Of a DNA stretch of 15,433 nt, positions 5,932-14,725 are shown in pieces. The notes beneath the pieces were generated by a model that worked only from the letters and a program-made list of their open reading frames with translations, searched no databases and was not told the origin of the DNA. Numbering within the stretch: the first letter of the stretch is position 1; each line of letters begins with the position of its first letter. The DNA comes from Candidatus Helarchaeota ASGARD archaeon Hel_GB_B (GTDB lineage: Archaea > Asgardarchaeota > Lokiarchaeia > Helarchaeales > HEL-GB-B). The stretch lies in the NCBI GenBank assembly GCA_005191425.1, contig SUPR01000082.1, positions 1 through 15,433 on the forward strand. The letters run 5' to 3'. The position numbers were made by a program, and so were the translations under genes.

Positions 5932-6555
5932 TTAATTAATTATTTTTCCTGATTTTTCTAAAACATTTAAAACCAAAGAATCATCAAGCTTTTTATATCC
6001 ATTTTTATCAATAATAACTACATCGATACCATAGCCAGACCCAGCATCGCGTTCAATAGAAGCTCTGACTGCATGAATTATAAGTGGAACTGCTTCATCT
6101 ATTGTAATATCTTCATGATAATTATCTTCAAGAATGCTAATAGCCATAGGCGTCCCAGACCCAGTTGTTGCAACGGTATTTTCTTTAATTAAAGAGCCAA
6201 TTGGGTCAAGCGTATAAAGTGTAGGGCCTTCTCTCTCATTATATCCACCAATTATAGATTGTAGCATATATGGATAAATCTTTTGCCCATAAAGAATGTT
6301 AGACAGTAAAGTAGCAGCAGATTTCACGCTAATTTCAATATTTGTATCTAATTTGTAAAGGTTACACTCGGCAATCATAATATCAATTATTGCTTGAGCA
6401 TCAGCAACTGTTCCAGCAATAGTCATTCCAATATTATCTGTAATCTTAAATATTTTTTGAGCATGTTTATGAGCTACATAATAACCTGCAGTTGCTTGAC
6501 GATCAGAAGCCAAAACAATTCCATTTTTACAAACAATTCCAGCAGTTGTTGTCAA
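5932..6555 (-). CDS. psmB: 20S proteasome beta subunit (no propeptide, TTG start)
   Basis: M-TTTAGI with Thr1, Asp17 (ASDR), Lys33 (AQKI), TGSG and RDAGSG motifs. An in-frame TAA lies directly upstream of the TTG. Confidence 0.95.
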   Translation of the reverse strand: MTTTAGIVCKNGIVLASDRQATAGYYVAHKHAQKIFKITDNIGMTIAGTVADAQAIIDIMIAECNLYKLDTNIEISVKSAATLLSNILYGQKIYPYMLQSIIGGYNEREGPTLYTLDPIGSLIKENTVATTGSGTPMAISILEDNYHEDITIDEAVPLIIHAVRASIERDAGSGYGIDVVIIDKNGYKKLDDSLVLNVLEKSGKIIN

Positions 6556-6853
6556 TTAAAACACAGACCATTAAATAATTTATTACAATAATATAGAACT
6601 GAAATTAATTTAATTCATAACATTTTAAAATAAAAGTCGTTTTTAGTAAAAGAATATTATTATTTAAATGTTTCTCAAAATTATAATTAAAACTTTTATC
6701 TATTGAGAATAAATTAAGAACTTTTAAATTTATATGAATTTATTTGCTTTTAATTTTGAGAATTTTTTGAGAATTTAAAATTAAATGCACAAAATTTAAG
6801 TAACTAATTTGCTACGATATTACTAATATAATTCAAATAGAGCGCGTTTATTA

Positions 6854-7309
6854 ATGAAGGAAATTCTTACATTAATAGGAAAAAAGCAGGCAAAAATAGG
6901 ATATAAGTTCAGATTTATTGGTCAATGTAGTAATTATAATAATTGTAAAGAGTTTCTACGAAATATTTGTATAAATAATTTAGAAAAGAACCAAGTATAT
7001 GAAATTATTGAAGTTAGGAAAGTTTATCACGACTGTATTGTACATTTTGATGGTGTGTGTACAGTTAAAGTTAAAAATACACCTATAACTATAGCAATTA
7101 ATTCAAAATTTGCCCACGAGGGTGCTATATTAAAATATATTCCCATAAAATGTAATAATGAGGGGTGTAAATTTCATGAATTTTGTGTTCCAATTGAATT
7201 TGAAAAAGATATTGAATATAGATGTCGAATTTTAAAAATTAAAGACAGAAAAAAAAACATTTGTTCGATTTTTCCAGATTTTTCATTAATTGAAGTTGAA
7301 AAAATTTAA
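6854..7309 (+). CDS. UPF0179 family archaeal Cys-rich protein
   Basis: TLIG...AK.G..F.F.G.C...C.....C..NLE....YEI..VR...H.C.VH..GV..V.V and a second C-x4-C-x5-C cluster. Confidence 0.85.
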   Translation: MKEILTLIGKKQAKIGYKFRFIGQCSNYNNCKEFLRNICINNLEKNQVYEIIEVRKVYHDCIVHFDGVCTVKVKNTPITIAINSKFAHEGAILKYIPIKCNNEGCKFHEFCVPIEFEKDIEYRCRILKIKDRKKNICSIFPDFSLIEVEKI

Positions 7310-7378
7310 ATTTGAGAATTATAACAAAACTTATTTCATTATATTTATTCAATTATAGATATCAATAAAAATACTTGA

Positions 7379-8287
7379 GTGATTCAAATGTCGAAGAAAA
7401 AAAATAAAAATGAAAAAGCCATCAAAGAAGACGAAAAAAAGGAAGATACAATAGAAGAAAAAAGCGAAGAAGAAAGTACTGAGGAAGATATTGAGGAAGA
7501 AATTAAAGAAGGAGATTTTATATTATTGGATATTACTGGAAAAATTGAAAAAACAAACGATATTTTTATTACTACTATAAAAGAAACAGCTGAAAAAGCA
7601 GGAATTCTGGAAGGTAATGAGCAGCTCTTATATGAACCTCAGATGGTAATTGTTGGTGACAACTTTAGCGTCCACGGAGTTTCAATTACTGGGTTAAGTT
7701 CAAAATTGGTAGGTATGAAAGTTGGTGAAACAAAAGCGATTACGATTCCTCCAAAAGATGCATTTGGTGAGCGGCTTGCTAAAAATGTTAAAGATTATAC
7801 TATGAAAAAAATTAAATCTATAGAAAAAAATCCTCGACCTGGAAAAAGGATAGTTATTGATAATAGGTCAGGCATAATTACAAGGGTAGATACTAGAGGT
7901 CGCGTTAAAGTCGATTTTAATCATCCATATGCAGGGTTAAACATAATTTATGAAGTTACAATTAAAAAGAAAATTTCAGACAAAGATGAAAAATTAAAAA
8001 GTTTAATTACATCAAGAATTCCACTTAATGACCCAGATGCTATAAAAACAGAACAGGAAAATGATGTATTGAGTATCATAATTCAGGGTAATGTAGCATT
8101 TCAATTAATGAGGCAATTACCTATGATTAAATTTGGACTTGCATTAGATATCCAAAGATATTTAAATTTTGAAACCGTTAAATTCGTTGAAATTTATGGA
8201 AAAGATCTATTTGGCGGTATTGCAGTCCCTACAAGAGCTACTAAAAAGGAAGAAGTAGAAAATGAGCAAAAAGAGTCAGGTCAATAA
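7379..8287 (+). CDS. Long-type archaeal FKBP peptidyl-prolyl isomerase/chaperone (SlyD family) with a charged N-terminal extension
   Basis: EGDF, GM.VGE...I.IPP.DAFGER, insert-in-flap domain, RV.VDFNHP.AG, C-terminal domain ending V.FVE.Y. The start may be ATG at 7388. Confidence 0.9.
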   Translation: MIQMSKKKNKNEKAIKEDEKKEDTIEEKSEEESTEEDIEEEIKEGDFILLDITGKIEKTNDIFITTIKETAEKAGILEGNEQLLYEPQMVIVGDNFSVHGVSITGLSSKLVGMKVGETKAITIPPKDAFGERLAKNVKDYTMKKIKSIEKNPRPGKRIVIDNRSGIITRVDTRGRVKVDFNHPYAGLNIIYEVTIKKKISDKDEKLKSLITSRIPLNDPDAIKTEQENDVLSIIIQGNVAFQLMRQLPMIKFGLALDIQRYLNFETVKFVEIYGKDLFGGIAVPTRATKKEEVENEQKESGQ

Positions 8288-8293
8288 AATAAT

Positions 8294-8824
8294 CTAATTA
8301 CCTTTTCTTAAATACCACCCGATATCAATTATATTTTTGATTTTAATATTATTATTGAATTTAATATTGATTGGATATATTGTTTTGCCTAGTCCAAGGA
8401 CTTCATTTTTATTATTAATAATTATCATTTTGTCTAAAGGATTAAAATTGCTGAAAATTTTTATGATATGTTTTTTTTGTAAATTTTTTCCATAAATGAA
8501 CTTTAACTCACCTTGTTTATTTACCATGATCTTTTTTGTTGTTAAGTTATTTATTACCTGTAAAGAATTTAAACTAAAAAATAGAGATTCATTTTTTAGA
8601 TCCCCAAAATAAATGCCCAAATAGTAAGGAACCCTATAATTTTTAAATTTTAAAAAAATCTCATAATTATTTTTTGGAATGAGGAAAATTTCTTTTTTAA
8701 TTTTTGTATTTATCAAGAAGATGTTGGATTTAATTAGAGTATCAAAAATTAGTCCCCCAAAATAATTTAATGATTTATTTATTTGAGCTAATTCTTTATT
8801 GGACAGTTCTTTAAAATTGATCAA
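8294..8824 (-). CDS. nip7: Nip7-like large-subunit biogenesis protein (PUA domain)
   Basis: Y.LGIYFG, F.YGK, N...EVLGLG and terminal DIGWYLRKG motifs; TTG start 1 nt after the nop2 stop. Confidence 0.85.
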   Translation of the reverse strand: MINFKELSNKELAQINKSLNYFGGLIFDTLIKSNIFLINTKIKKEIFLIPKNNYEIFLKFKNYRVPYYLGIYFGDLKNESLFFSLNSLQVINNLTTKKIMVNKQGELKFIYGKNLQKKHIIKIFSNFNPLDKMIIINNKNEVLGLGKTIYPINIKFNNNIKIKNIIDIGWYLRKGN

Positions 8825-8825
8825 A

Positions 8826-9785
8826 TTAATTCACCACTTTTAGTTTACAGACAAAAAATCCTTGAGTACCATTTTTATGTGGATAAAATCGTTTTGCTTT
8901 AAGCAAATCTTCGCTAATAGCATTTCCAAATACATTAATAATGCCAGATTTGCCCCATTTAAGTCCAGTGTCAAGAATTTCTATTTTACCTTTATTTAAA
9001 AAGTTATTAATTACTAATTCATTTTCTTCAGGGGCTATTGAACATGTTGAATATACAATAATTCCGCCAATTTTCACGCTTTCAATTGCAGCATTTAATA
9101 ATTTTATTTGAATTGAAGAGCATGTGATAATATCTTCAAATGACCTACTTTTTTTCCTACTTTTATCGAATGGAATCAATCCTTCACCAGTACAAGGAGC
9201 ATCTAATAAAATCTTATCGACTTTATAATTAAATTCGGGAAATTTTGCTGCATCCATACGAAATAAAATTGCATTTTTTATACCACAACGAGAAATATTG
9301 GACCTTAAACTTTTAATTCGGTCTTTATCATATTCAATACCAATTATACAACCATTATTATTCATAATATCCGCTGCTTGGATTAATTTTCCACCTGGAG
9401 CTGCACACATATCGAGGACTATATCATTTTGGGAAATATCTAATATATTTACGGGTATCATTGATGCTGCTTTTTGAATATAATAATAGCCTTGTAGATA
9501 TTCTGAAGTCGCACCTATTGAGTAGGGTTCTTTGTCGATATAAAATCCGTTTTTATCCCATTCGATTTTACTGAATTCAAAGCCATTCTCTTCCATTCTT
9601 TTGATTAATTTGTGCGGTTTAATATTAAATGAATTAACTCTAATAGATTTTTTTATTTTCCTTTCATTTGCTTCAAGTAATTCATAAGTTTCTTCTAGCC
9701 CAAATAATTTTAAATAACGAGCAACCATATACTTAGAGTATTGATATTTTGATGCAATTTTTTCAACATCGTTCAAATTAATCAC
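8826..9785 (-). CDS. Nop2/NOL1/RsmB-F family RNA m5C methyltransferase
   Basis: SAM-binding DMCAAPGGK; both catalytic Cys motifs present (DAPCTG, YSTCS); GYYYIQ, PEENE and GFFVCKL. Confidence 0.96.
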   Translation of the reverse strand: MINLNDVEKIASKYQYSKYMVARYLKLFGLEETYELLEANERKIKKSIRVNSFNIKPHKLIKRMEENGFEFSKIEWDKNGFYIDKEPYSIGATSEYLQGYYYIQKAASMIPVNILDISQNDIVLDMCAAPGGKLIQAADIMNNNGCIIGIEYDKDRIKSLRSNISRCGIKNAILFRMDAAKFPEFNYKVDKILLDAPCTGEGLIPFDKSRKKSRSFEDIITCSSIQIKLLNAAIESVKIGGIIVYSTCSIAPEENELVINNFLNKGKIEILDTGLKWGKSGIINVFGNAISEDLLKAKRFYPHKNGTQGFFVCKLKVVN

Positions 9786-9805
9786 AAGATTGGTGTATGA
9801 AATAG

Positions 9806-10336
9806 ATGATAGAGGTAGAACTTAAAGTTCCAATTGCTGATAAAAATATGATAGCTGGAGAATTAAAAAAGATTGGTTTTGTTTTTAAAAAATCAATAAT
9901 ACAAAATGATACTTATTTTCAACACCCAATTCGTGATTTTGCAAAGACTGACGAGGCATTGAGAATTCGGGAAACACCAGAAGAAGTTTTTTTAAGTTAT
10001 AAAGGTCCAAAATTAGATGAAATTACAAAAACACGGGAAGAAATTGAGATATCTTTTGATAATTCAAAAAATTTAAAAAAAATATTTGAGAAAATTGGAT
10101 TTAAAAAAGTCATTGTAATAAATAAGACCCGCGAATTATTTGAAATGGACGAAATAAAAGCCGCAATAGATATTGTAGAGCATTTAGGGGCATTTTTGGA
10201 ACTTGAAATTCTATGTGAAAATAAAGAAACCATGCCAGATAAAAGAGAAACTTTATTTTCCATCCTAAAAAAAATAAATATATCTCAAAATAGCATAATT
10301 AGAAAATCATACCTCGAATTATTGCTTAAAATTTAA
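9806..10336 (+). CDS. cyaB: CYTH-domain protein, class IV adenylate cyclase (CyaB) family
   Basis: EVELK (ExExK), Q.DTYF, LRIR, YKGPK, REEIE, D.V..LG.FLELE and KSYLELL. The real substrate may be a triphosphate rather than ATP-to-cAMP. Confidence 0.92.
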   Translation: MIEVELKVPIADKNMIAGELKKIGFVFKKSIIQNDTYFQHPIRDFAKTDEALRIRETPEEVFLSYKGPKLDEITKTREEIEISFDNSKNLKKIFEKIGFKKVIVINKTRELFEMDEIKAAIDIVEHLGAFLELEILCENKETMPDKRETLFSILKKINISQNSIIRKSYLELLLKI

Positions 10337-10398
10337 AGTCAATTCATTCTAGAATTATTTAAATAATATTTTTTTAATATAGTAATTGGTGTTACAAA

Positions 10399-10626
10399 AT
10401 GTGTCTAGCCGCTCCTGCAAAAATTTTGGAAATTTTTGATGAGGGAAACCGAGCATGGGCAGATTATGGAGGTATTAAAAAGAAAATTGTTATCAGTCTA
10501 ATAGAAAATGCACAAGTCGGAGATTATGTTATTATTCATGCAGGATATGCCATCGAAAAGTTGGACGAAAAGCAAGCTTTAGAGAATTTAGAAACATGGT
10601 CAGAATTCCTAGAGACTGTTAAATAA
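10399..10626 (+). CDS. hypC: [NiFe]-hydrogenase maturation chaperone HypC/HupF
   Basis: MCLA.P N-terminus and VGDYVIIHAGYAI; 75 aa. Confidence 0.96.
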   Translation: MCLAAPAKILEIFDEGNRAWADYGGIKKKIVISLIENAQVGDYVIIHAGYAIEKLDEKQALENLETWSEFLETVK

Positions 10627-10740
10627 GATTCATAAAAGAATGTTTTAGATTTTTTGGAATTTATTAAATTACTATTCGGTTTCTTTTTAATTTTAAATGA
10701 AAAATAGATATGTTAAGTATAATTACTAAGAAATTAAAAA

Positions 10741-11259
10741 TTAAGTGGATTTAGTAATATTTATCCATATTTGAGTCCAGAGTCCTAAATATTGGAATTT
10801 TTTTAGTACCGAATTAAATTTCCATAATTCGAAAATCAATCTTGAATTATTTATGACCATGTTAATAGAGAGATTTACATGAATCATCCTTGAACGCTGA
10901 TTTTCTACAATAACAAGATATTTTTTAATAAAATAAGCCGTATTTGTAGAGGGATGCGATTTATTTATCGTAGTATTTTCATTACCTAAGGTTATATTTA
11001 CTAAATATAAATTAAGTTTTCCTTCATAATTTCCAATATCAACCCACAAATAAAAAGGTGTGTTGTTTTTAACAGTCGTAGGGTAATTACTTGTTGTCTT
11101 ATTTTCATCAAGGAGTCCAATTGATGAAAAATGTTCAGATTGTGCATTAAAAAAGGAATAAATAATCATAGAAGAAACAATAACTATTGCAATAATTATA
11201 CCACTAAGAATAATTTTTTCTTGTTTAACATCGGAATTTTCTCGCTTTAATCGAGTCAT
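10741..11259 (-). CDS. DUF1616-like membrane-anchored protein
   Basis: N-terminal TM; E.FS..GLL....T.NYP, L...IGNYEG....Y.V, LIFELW and W.QIWINIT; eight N-x-S/T sequons. Confidence 0.75.
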   Translation of the reverse strand: MTRLKRENSDVKQEKIILSGIIIAIVIVSSMIIYSFFNAQSEHFSSIGLLDENKTTSNYPTTVKNNTPFYLWVDIGNYEGKLNLYLVNITLGNENTTINKSHPSTNTAYFIKKYLVIVENQRSRMIHVNLSINMVINNSRLIFELWKFNSVLKKFQYLGLWTQIWINITKST

Positions 11260-11261
11260 TT

Positions 11262-11813
11262 TTATTGATCACCTTCAGGAAGAGTAATTTTCATGTTTAA
11301 AAATTTTTTCTCCTTATATTTTTTAATTAAAATATATATCAATATTCCAGCAATAGTAATACTTATTGAAACTATAACTACCGTTATAATAAACATAGAT
11401 ATTGACTGCTGGTTGTATAAATTAGTTTGATAGATCCTTATATTTATGTCATTAATAAGCAAAGTCACATTTCCTAATGCCATCTTTGACAAATAAACAG
11501 AATAATTATAATTGGACATATTTAACATCTCAGATGCATTATTTAAAAGATTAATAGCAAAATTTAAGCGTCCAACAAGGTCTGTAATTATCCCGTTTAT
11601 TGATTCAAGATATTGTAGTTTGATTGTAGCATTAAAAATAGCATTTTCAGCGAGAGATATATTATTAATTGCTTGTTCTTTTGAGCTAAAAGTTCTTGTC
11701 ATTACATTATGGTTTAAAATTTGATGGCCATTTTCTGGAATTTGTGAGATATTGACTATCAAACATAAGAATAAAATGATACTTATAATTTTAAATTTCA
11801 TTTTCATATTCAT
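11262..11813 (-). CDS. Predicted secreted, C-terminally anchored helical glycoprotein of unknown function
   Basis: N-terminal hydrophobic signal, helical Asn-rich ectodomain, C-terminal TM followed by KKYKEKK; seven N-x-S/T sequons; ATGA overlap with uxs. Confidence 0.75.
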   Translation of the reverse strand: MNMKMKFKIISIILFLCLIVNISQIPENGHQILNHNVMTRTFSSKEQAINNISLAENAIFNATIKLQYLESINGIITDLVGRLNFAINLLNNASEMLNMSNYNYSVYLSKMALGNVTLLINDINIRIYQTNLYNQQSISMFIITVVIVSISITIAGILIYILIKKYKEKKFLNMKITLPEGDQ

Positions 11814-12832
11814 ACCTCATTATTTTTTGAACGAACCCAATTAATCATATATTTTAATCCTTCTTCTAAAGAAATTTTTGGTTCCCAATTAAGAATTTTT
11901 TTGGCTTTAGTAATATCAGGACATCTACGTTTTGGGTCGCCAGGAGGTATTGGTTTGAATACTATTTCAGAATTGGAGTTTGTTAATTTGTGGATTATTT
12001 TTGCCAATTCTAGGATAGAAATTTCGTTTGTACTACCGATATTGATCACTTCACCTCTTGCCTCTGGTGTAGATGCGAACTTTATTATCCCAGTAATTTG
12101 GTCGGTGATATATGTGAAAGAACGTGTTTGATTACCTTCCCCAAATACAGTTATTGGTTGGTCGCTTAATGCTTGAGTTATGAAGTTCGGTATAACACGT
12201 CCATATAATGATCCAGAACGTATCCTTGGACCGTAAGTATTGAATATCCTTACAATTCGAGTATTTAAGTTATGTTGCAATTTATATGCACTAACATATG
12301 CCTCTCCAGCTCTTTTTGCTTCATCATAACAAGATCTGGCACCATTTGGGTCTACATTTCCATTATAAGTTTCAGGTGTGGGAATATATTTTGGGTCAGG
12401 ATCACCATAAACTTCGCTTGTACTTGTGTAAAATAGTTTTGCATTATGTTTTTTTGCTATCCCTAGAACAATCCAGGTGCCCAATGTATTTGCTTTTAAA
12501 ATTTGTATTGGATAATTGGAAAACTCAAATGGTGATGCTCTACTTGCCAAATGAAAAATATAATCTAATTTTTCATCAAAAAAAATCTCTTGAGATATGT
12601 CATGTTTTATAAATTTAAAATTATCATAATCCAACAAATGTTTAATATTACTTTCTTTACCACTATAGAAATTATCTAAGCATATAACTTTTGCATTCTT
12701 GCGGATTAATACATCACATAGCCAAGACCCTAAAAAACCAGCACCGCCAGTAACTAAAATAGTTGTGTCTTCAAATATATTATTTGTATCTCTATAAATT
12801 GTTTCAATTCCTTTTTCAATTATTTTATTCAT
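11810..12832 (-). CDS. UDP-glucuronate decarboxylase (UDP-xylose synthase family, extended SDR)
   Basis: TGGAGFLGS, HLASRASP, TSEVYGDP, RSCYDEAKR (YxxxK), RIFNTYGP, GRV..NFI.QAL, QTRSF.Y and DP.RR.PDI. Confidence 0.9.
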   Translation of the reverse strand: MNKIIEKGIETIYRDTNNIFEDTTILVTGGAGFLGSWLCDVLIRKNAKVICLDNFYSGKESNIKHLLDYDNFKFIKHDISQEIFFDEKLDYIFHLASRASPFEFSNYPIQILKANTLGTWIVLGIAKKHNAKLFYTSTSEVYGDPDPKYIPTPETYNGNVDPNGARSCYDEAKRAGEAYVSAYKLQHNLNTRIVRIFNTYGPRIRSGSLYGRVIPNFITQALSDQPITVFGEGNQTRSFTYITDQITGIIKFASTPEARGEVINIGSTNEISILELAKIIHKLTNSNSEIVFKPIPPGDPKRRCPDITKAKKILNWEPKISLEEGLKYMINWVRSKNNEV

Positions 12833-13253
12833 CTATATCATCAAGTAGAATAATTTAATTTATTTATAAGAGAATGATTTATTTAAATAATTTTAAATTT
12901 TGTATTATTTCAACAATAAATTCCATTTTAACCGACTTTAGAAATGCGATTGGGAATCTAATCAGAATTATAAATTATAAATAAATCAATATTAAATAAA
13001 TAAAAAATTAATTCTCACAAAATTATGATTTATATGAGTCATTGTTTGAATTAGTTATATCAATAAATTTTTAGAAACTGATAATAATAGCACCATATTT
13101 AGAAGTATATTTAATTAAAAAAATAGATAATATCAAATATCTTCTATTTTTATGGGTAATGAAAAAGTTTATAAAAAATTTTTCTTGAATAATATTGAAA
13201 ATACCGTAATATCCGAATTTAGATTTTAAGAAAATATTTAATAAAGGAATTTA

Positions 13254-13742
13254 ATGAAATTATCTTTTAGAAAAATGGTTAAAATGATTGATGGAGTTAA
13301 AATTAAAAAGTTAAAGGTTATACCCGATGAACGCGGTAGATTAGCTGAAATTTTAAGATCAGATGATAAGGATTTTTTTATTAAATTTGGGCAAGTTTAT
13401 ATTACTACAGCATATCCAGGAGTTGTTAAAGCATGGCACTATCATAAGAAACAATGGGATAATATGGCAGTGATTTATGGAATGATGAAAATCGTATTAT
13501 ATGATCCTAGAGAAAATTCACCAACTAAAGGTGAAATAAATGAGTTTTTTGCAGGGATATATAATCCAATTTTAGTCCATATTCCACCAGAAGTTTATCA
13601 CGGTTTTAAGTGTATTTCAGAAACAGAAGCGATTGTCGTAAATTGCCCTACTGAATTATACAATTATGAAAATCCTGATGAATATCGAATTCCTCCTCAT
13701 GGCAATGAAATTCCTTATGATTGGTCTAGACGAGATGGATAA
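13254..13742 (+). CDS. rmlC: dTDP-4-dehydrorhamnose 3,5-epimerase (RmlC-like cupin)
   Basis: DERG, GVVKAWHYH, L.D.R..SPT and IPP.V.HGF motifs; upstream of rmlB. The start may be a downstream Met. Confidence 0.88.
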   Translation: MKLSFRKMVKMIDGVKIKKLKVIPDERGRLAEILRSDDKDFFIKFGQVYITTAYPGVVKAWHYHKKQWDNMAVIYGMMKIVLYDPRENSPTKGEINEFFAGIYNPILVHIPPEVYHGFKCISETEAIVVNCPTELYNYENPDEYRIPPHGNEIPYDWSRRDG

Positions 13743-13745
13743 ATA

Positions 13746-14711
13746 ATGAAAATATTAATTACTGGTGGTGCAGGATTTATAGGTTCTAATTTTATTCATT
13801 ATTTATTGGATGAAAGAAATGATTATAGTGTTATTAATCTGGACCTATTGACATATGCAGGTAATTTAGAAAATTTAAAAGATATTAAAGATATTAGTCA
13901 ATATAAATTTATTAAAGGAAATATTTTAGATTTTGATTTATTAAGATCAATTATGAGCGATGTCGATTATATTATTAATTTTGCTGCTGAATCACACGTT
14001 GATAGATCAATTATAGACCCAGAGATTTTTATAAAAACAAATATTGAGGGCACACAATCCTTGTTAGAAGCTGCAAGAATTTTTGATATTAAAAAATATA
14101 TTCAGATTTCAACAGATGAAGTATACGGGACTTTAGGTCCAGAAGGATTTTTTTCTGAAAATAGCCGATTACTCCCAAATAGCCCTTATTCTGCCAGTAA
14201 AGCTGCAGCTGATTTAATTGTAAGAGCATATCATAAGACTTATGGAATACCGGTTAATATTACCAGATGCTCAAATAATTTTGGACCTTATCAATACCCT
14301 GAAAAATTTATTCCGGTTATAATTAATAGTGCATTAAATAATATGCCCATTCCCGTATATGGAGATGGGAGTAATATACGTGAATGGATTTACGTTATTG
14401 ACCATTGTTCGGGAATTTTAACAGTCCTTGAAAAAGGAAAAAATGGAGAAATATATAATATAGGTACCAACAATGAATACCGAAATATAGAGCTCGTTAA
14501 ACTTATCCTAGAAATAATGGGAAAACCAGAGAGCTTAATTAAATTTGTCAAAGACAGACCTGCTCATGATAAACGATATGCACTTGATTCTACTAAAATT
14601 AGAAAAGAATTAAACTGGAAACCAGAATATAGTTTTCGATCTGGATTAGAACAAACTATTAACTGGTATATATCAAACCAAAAATGGGTAAAAAATTCAC
14701 TTAACAAATAA
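13746..14711 (+). CDS. rmlB: dTDP-glucose 4,6-dehydratase
   Basis: TGGAGFIGSN, LTYAGNL, FAAESHVDRSI, ISTDEVYG, PYSASKA, RCSNNFGPYQ.PEK, DRP.HD.RYA. Confidence 0.97.
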   Translation: MKILITGGAGFIGSNFIHYLLDERNDYSVINLDLLTYAGNLENLKDIKDISQYKFIKGNILDFDLLRSIMSDVDYIINFAAESHVDRSIIDPEIFIKTNIEGTQSLLEAARIFDIKKYIQISTDEVYGTLGPEGFFSENSRLLPNSPYSASKAAADLIVRAYHKTYGIPVNITRCSNNFGPYQYPEKFIPVIINSALNNMPIPVYGDGSNIREWIYVIDHCSGILTVLEKGKNGEIYNIGTNNEYRNIELVKLILEIMGKPESLIKFVKDRPAHDKRYALDSTKIRKELNWKPEYSFRSGLEQTINWYISNQKWVKNSLNK

Positions 14712-14725
14712 AATTTGCGGTCAAA

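Noticed and set aside
6527-6571. Out-of-frame ATG upstream of psmB giving MVCVLIDNNCWNCL
   Set aside because: A single indel would not create a Gly(-1) propeptide junction; treated as incidental.
6754-6776. Tandem TTTTGAGAATTT (period 11) in the psmB/UPF0179 divergent spacer
   Set aside because: Two short overlapping copies; too weak to call an operator.
263-12612. Short opposite-strand or alternate-frame ORFs in the track (263..451, 3460..3705, 5322..5510, 5456..5689, 6394..6591, 9997..10263, 11512..11724, 11901..12131, 12298..12612)
   Set aside because: All lie within well-supported genes and have no recognisable motifs; they are shadow ORFs.
13089-13097. AGCACCATA matching the tRNA-Phe 3' end (2254..2262), a possible attachment-site duplication
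   Set aside because: Only 9 bp; the intervening DNA is core housekeeping genes and there is no integrase.
12833-13253. 421-bp AT-rich spacer between uxs and rmlC, checked for tRNA, ncRNA or small ORFs
   Set aside because: No cloverleaf, stable GC-rich stem, C/D pair or credible ORF; consistent with a divergent promoter region.
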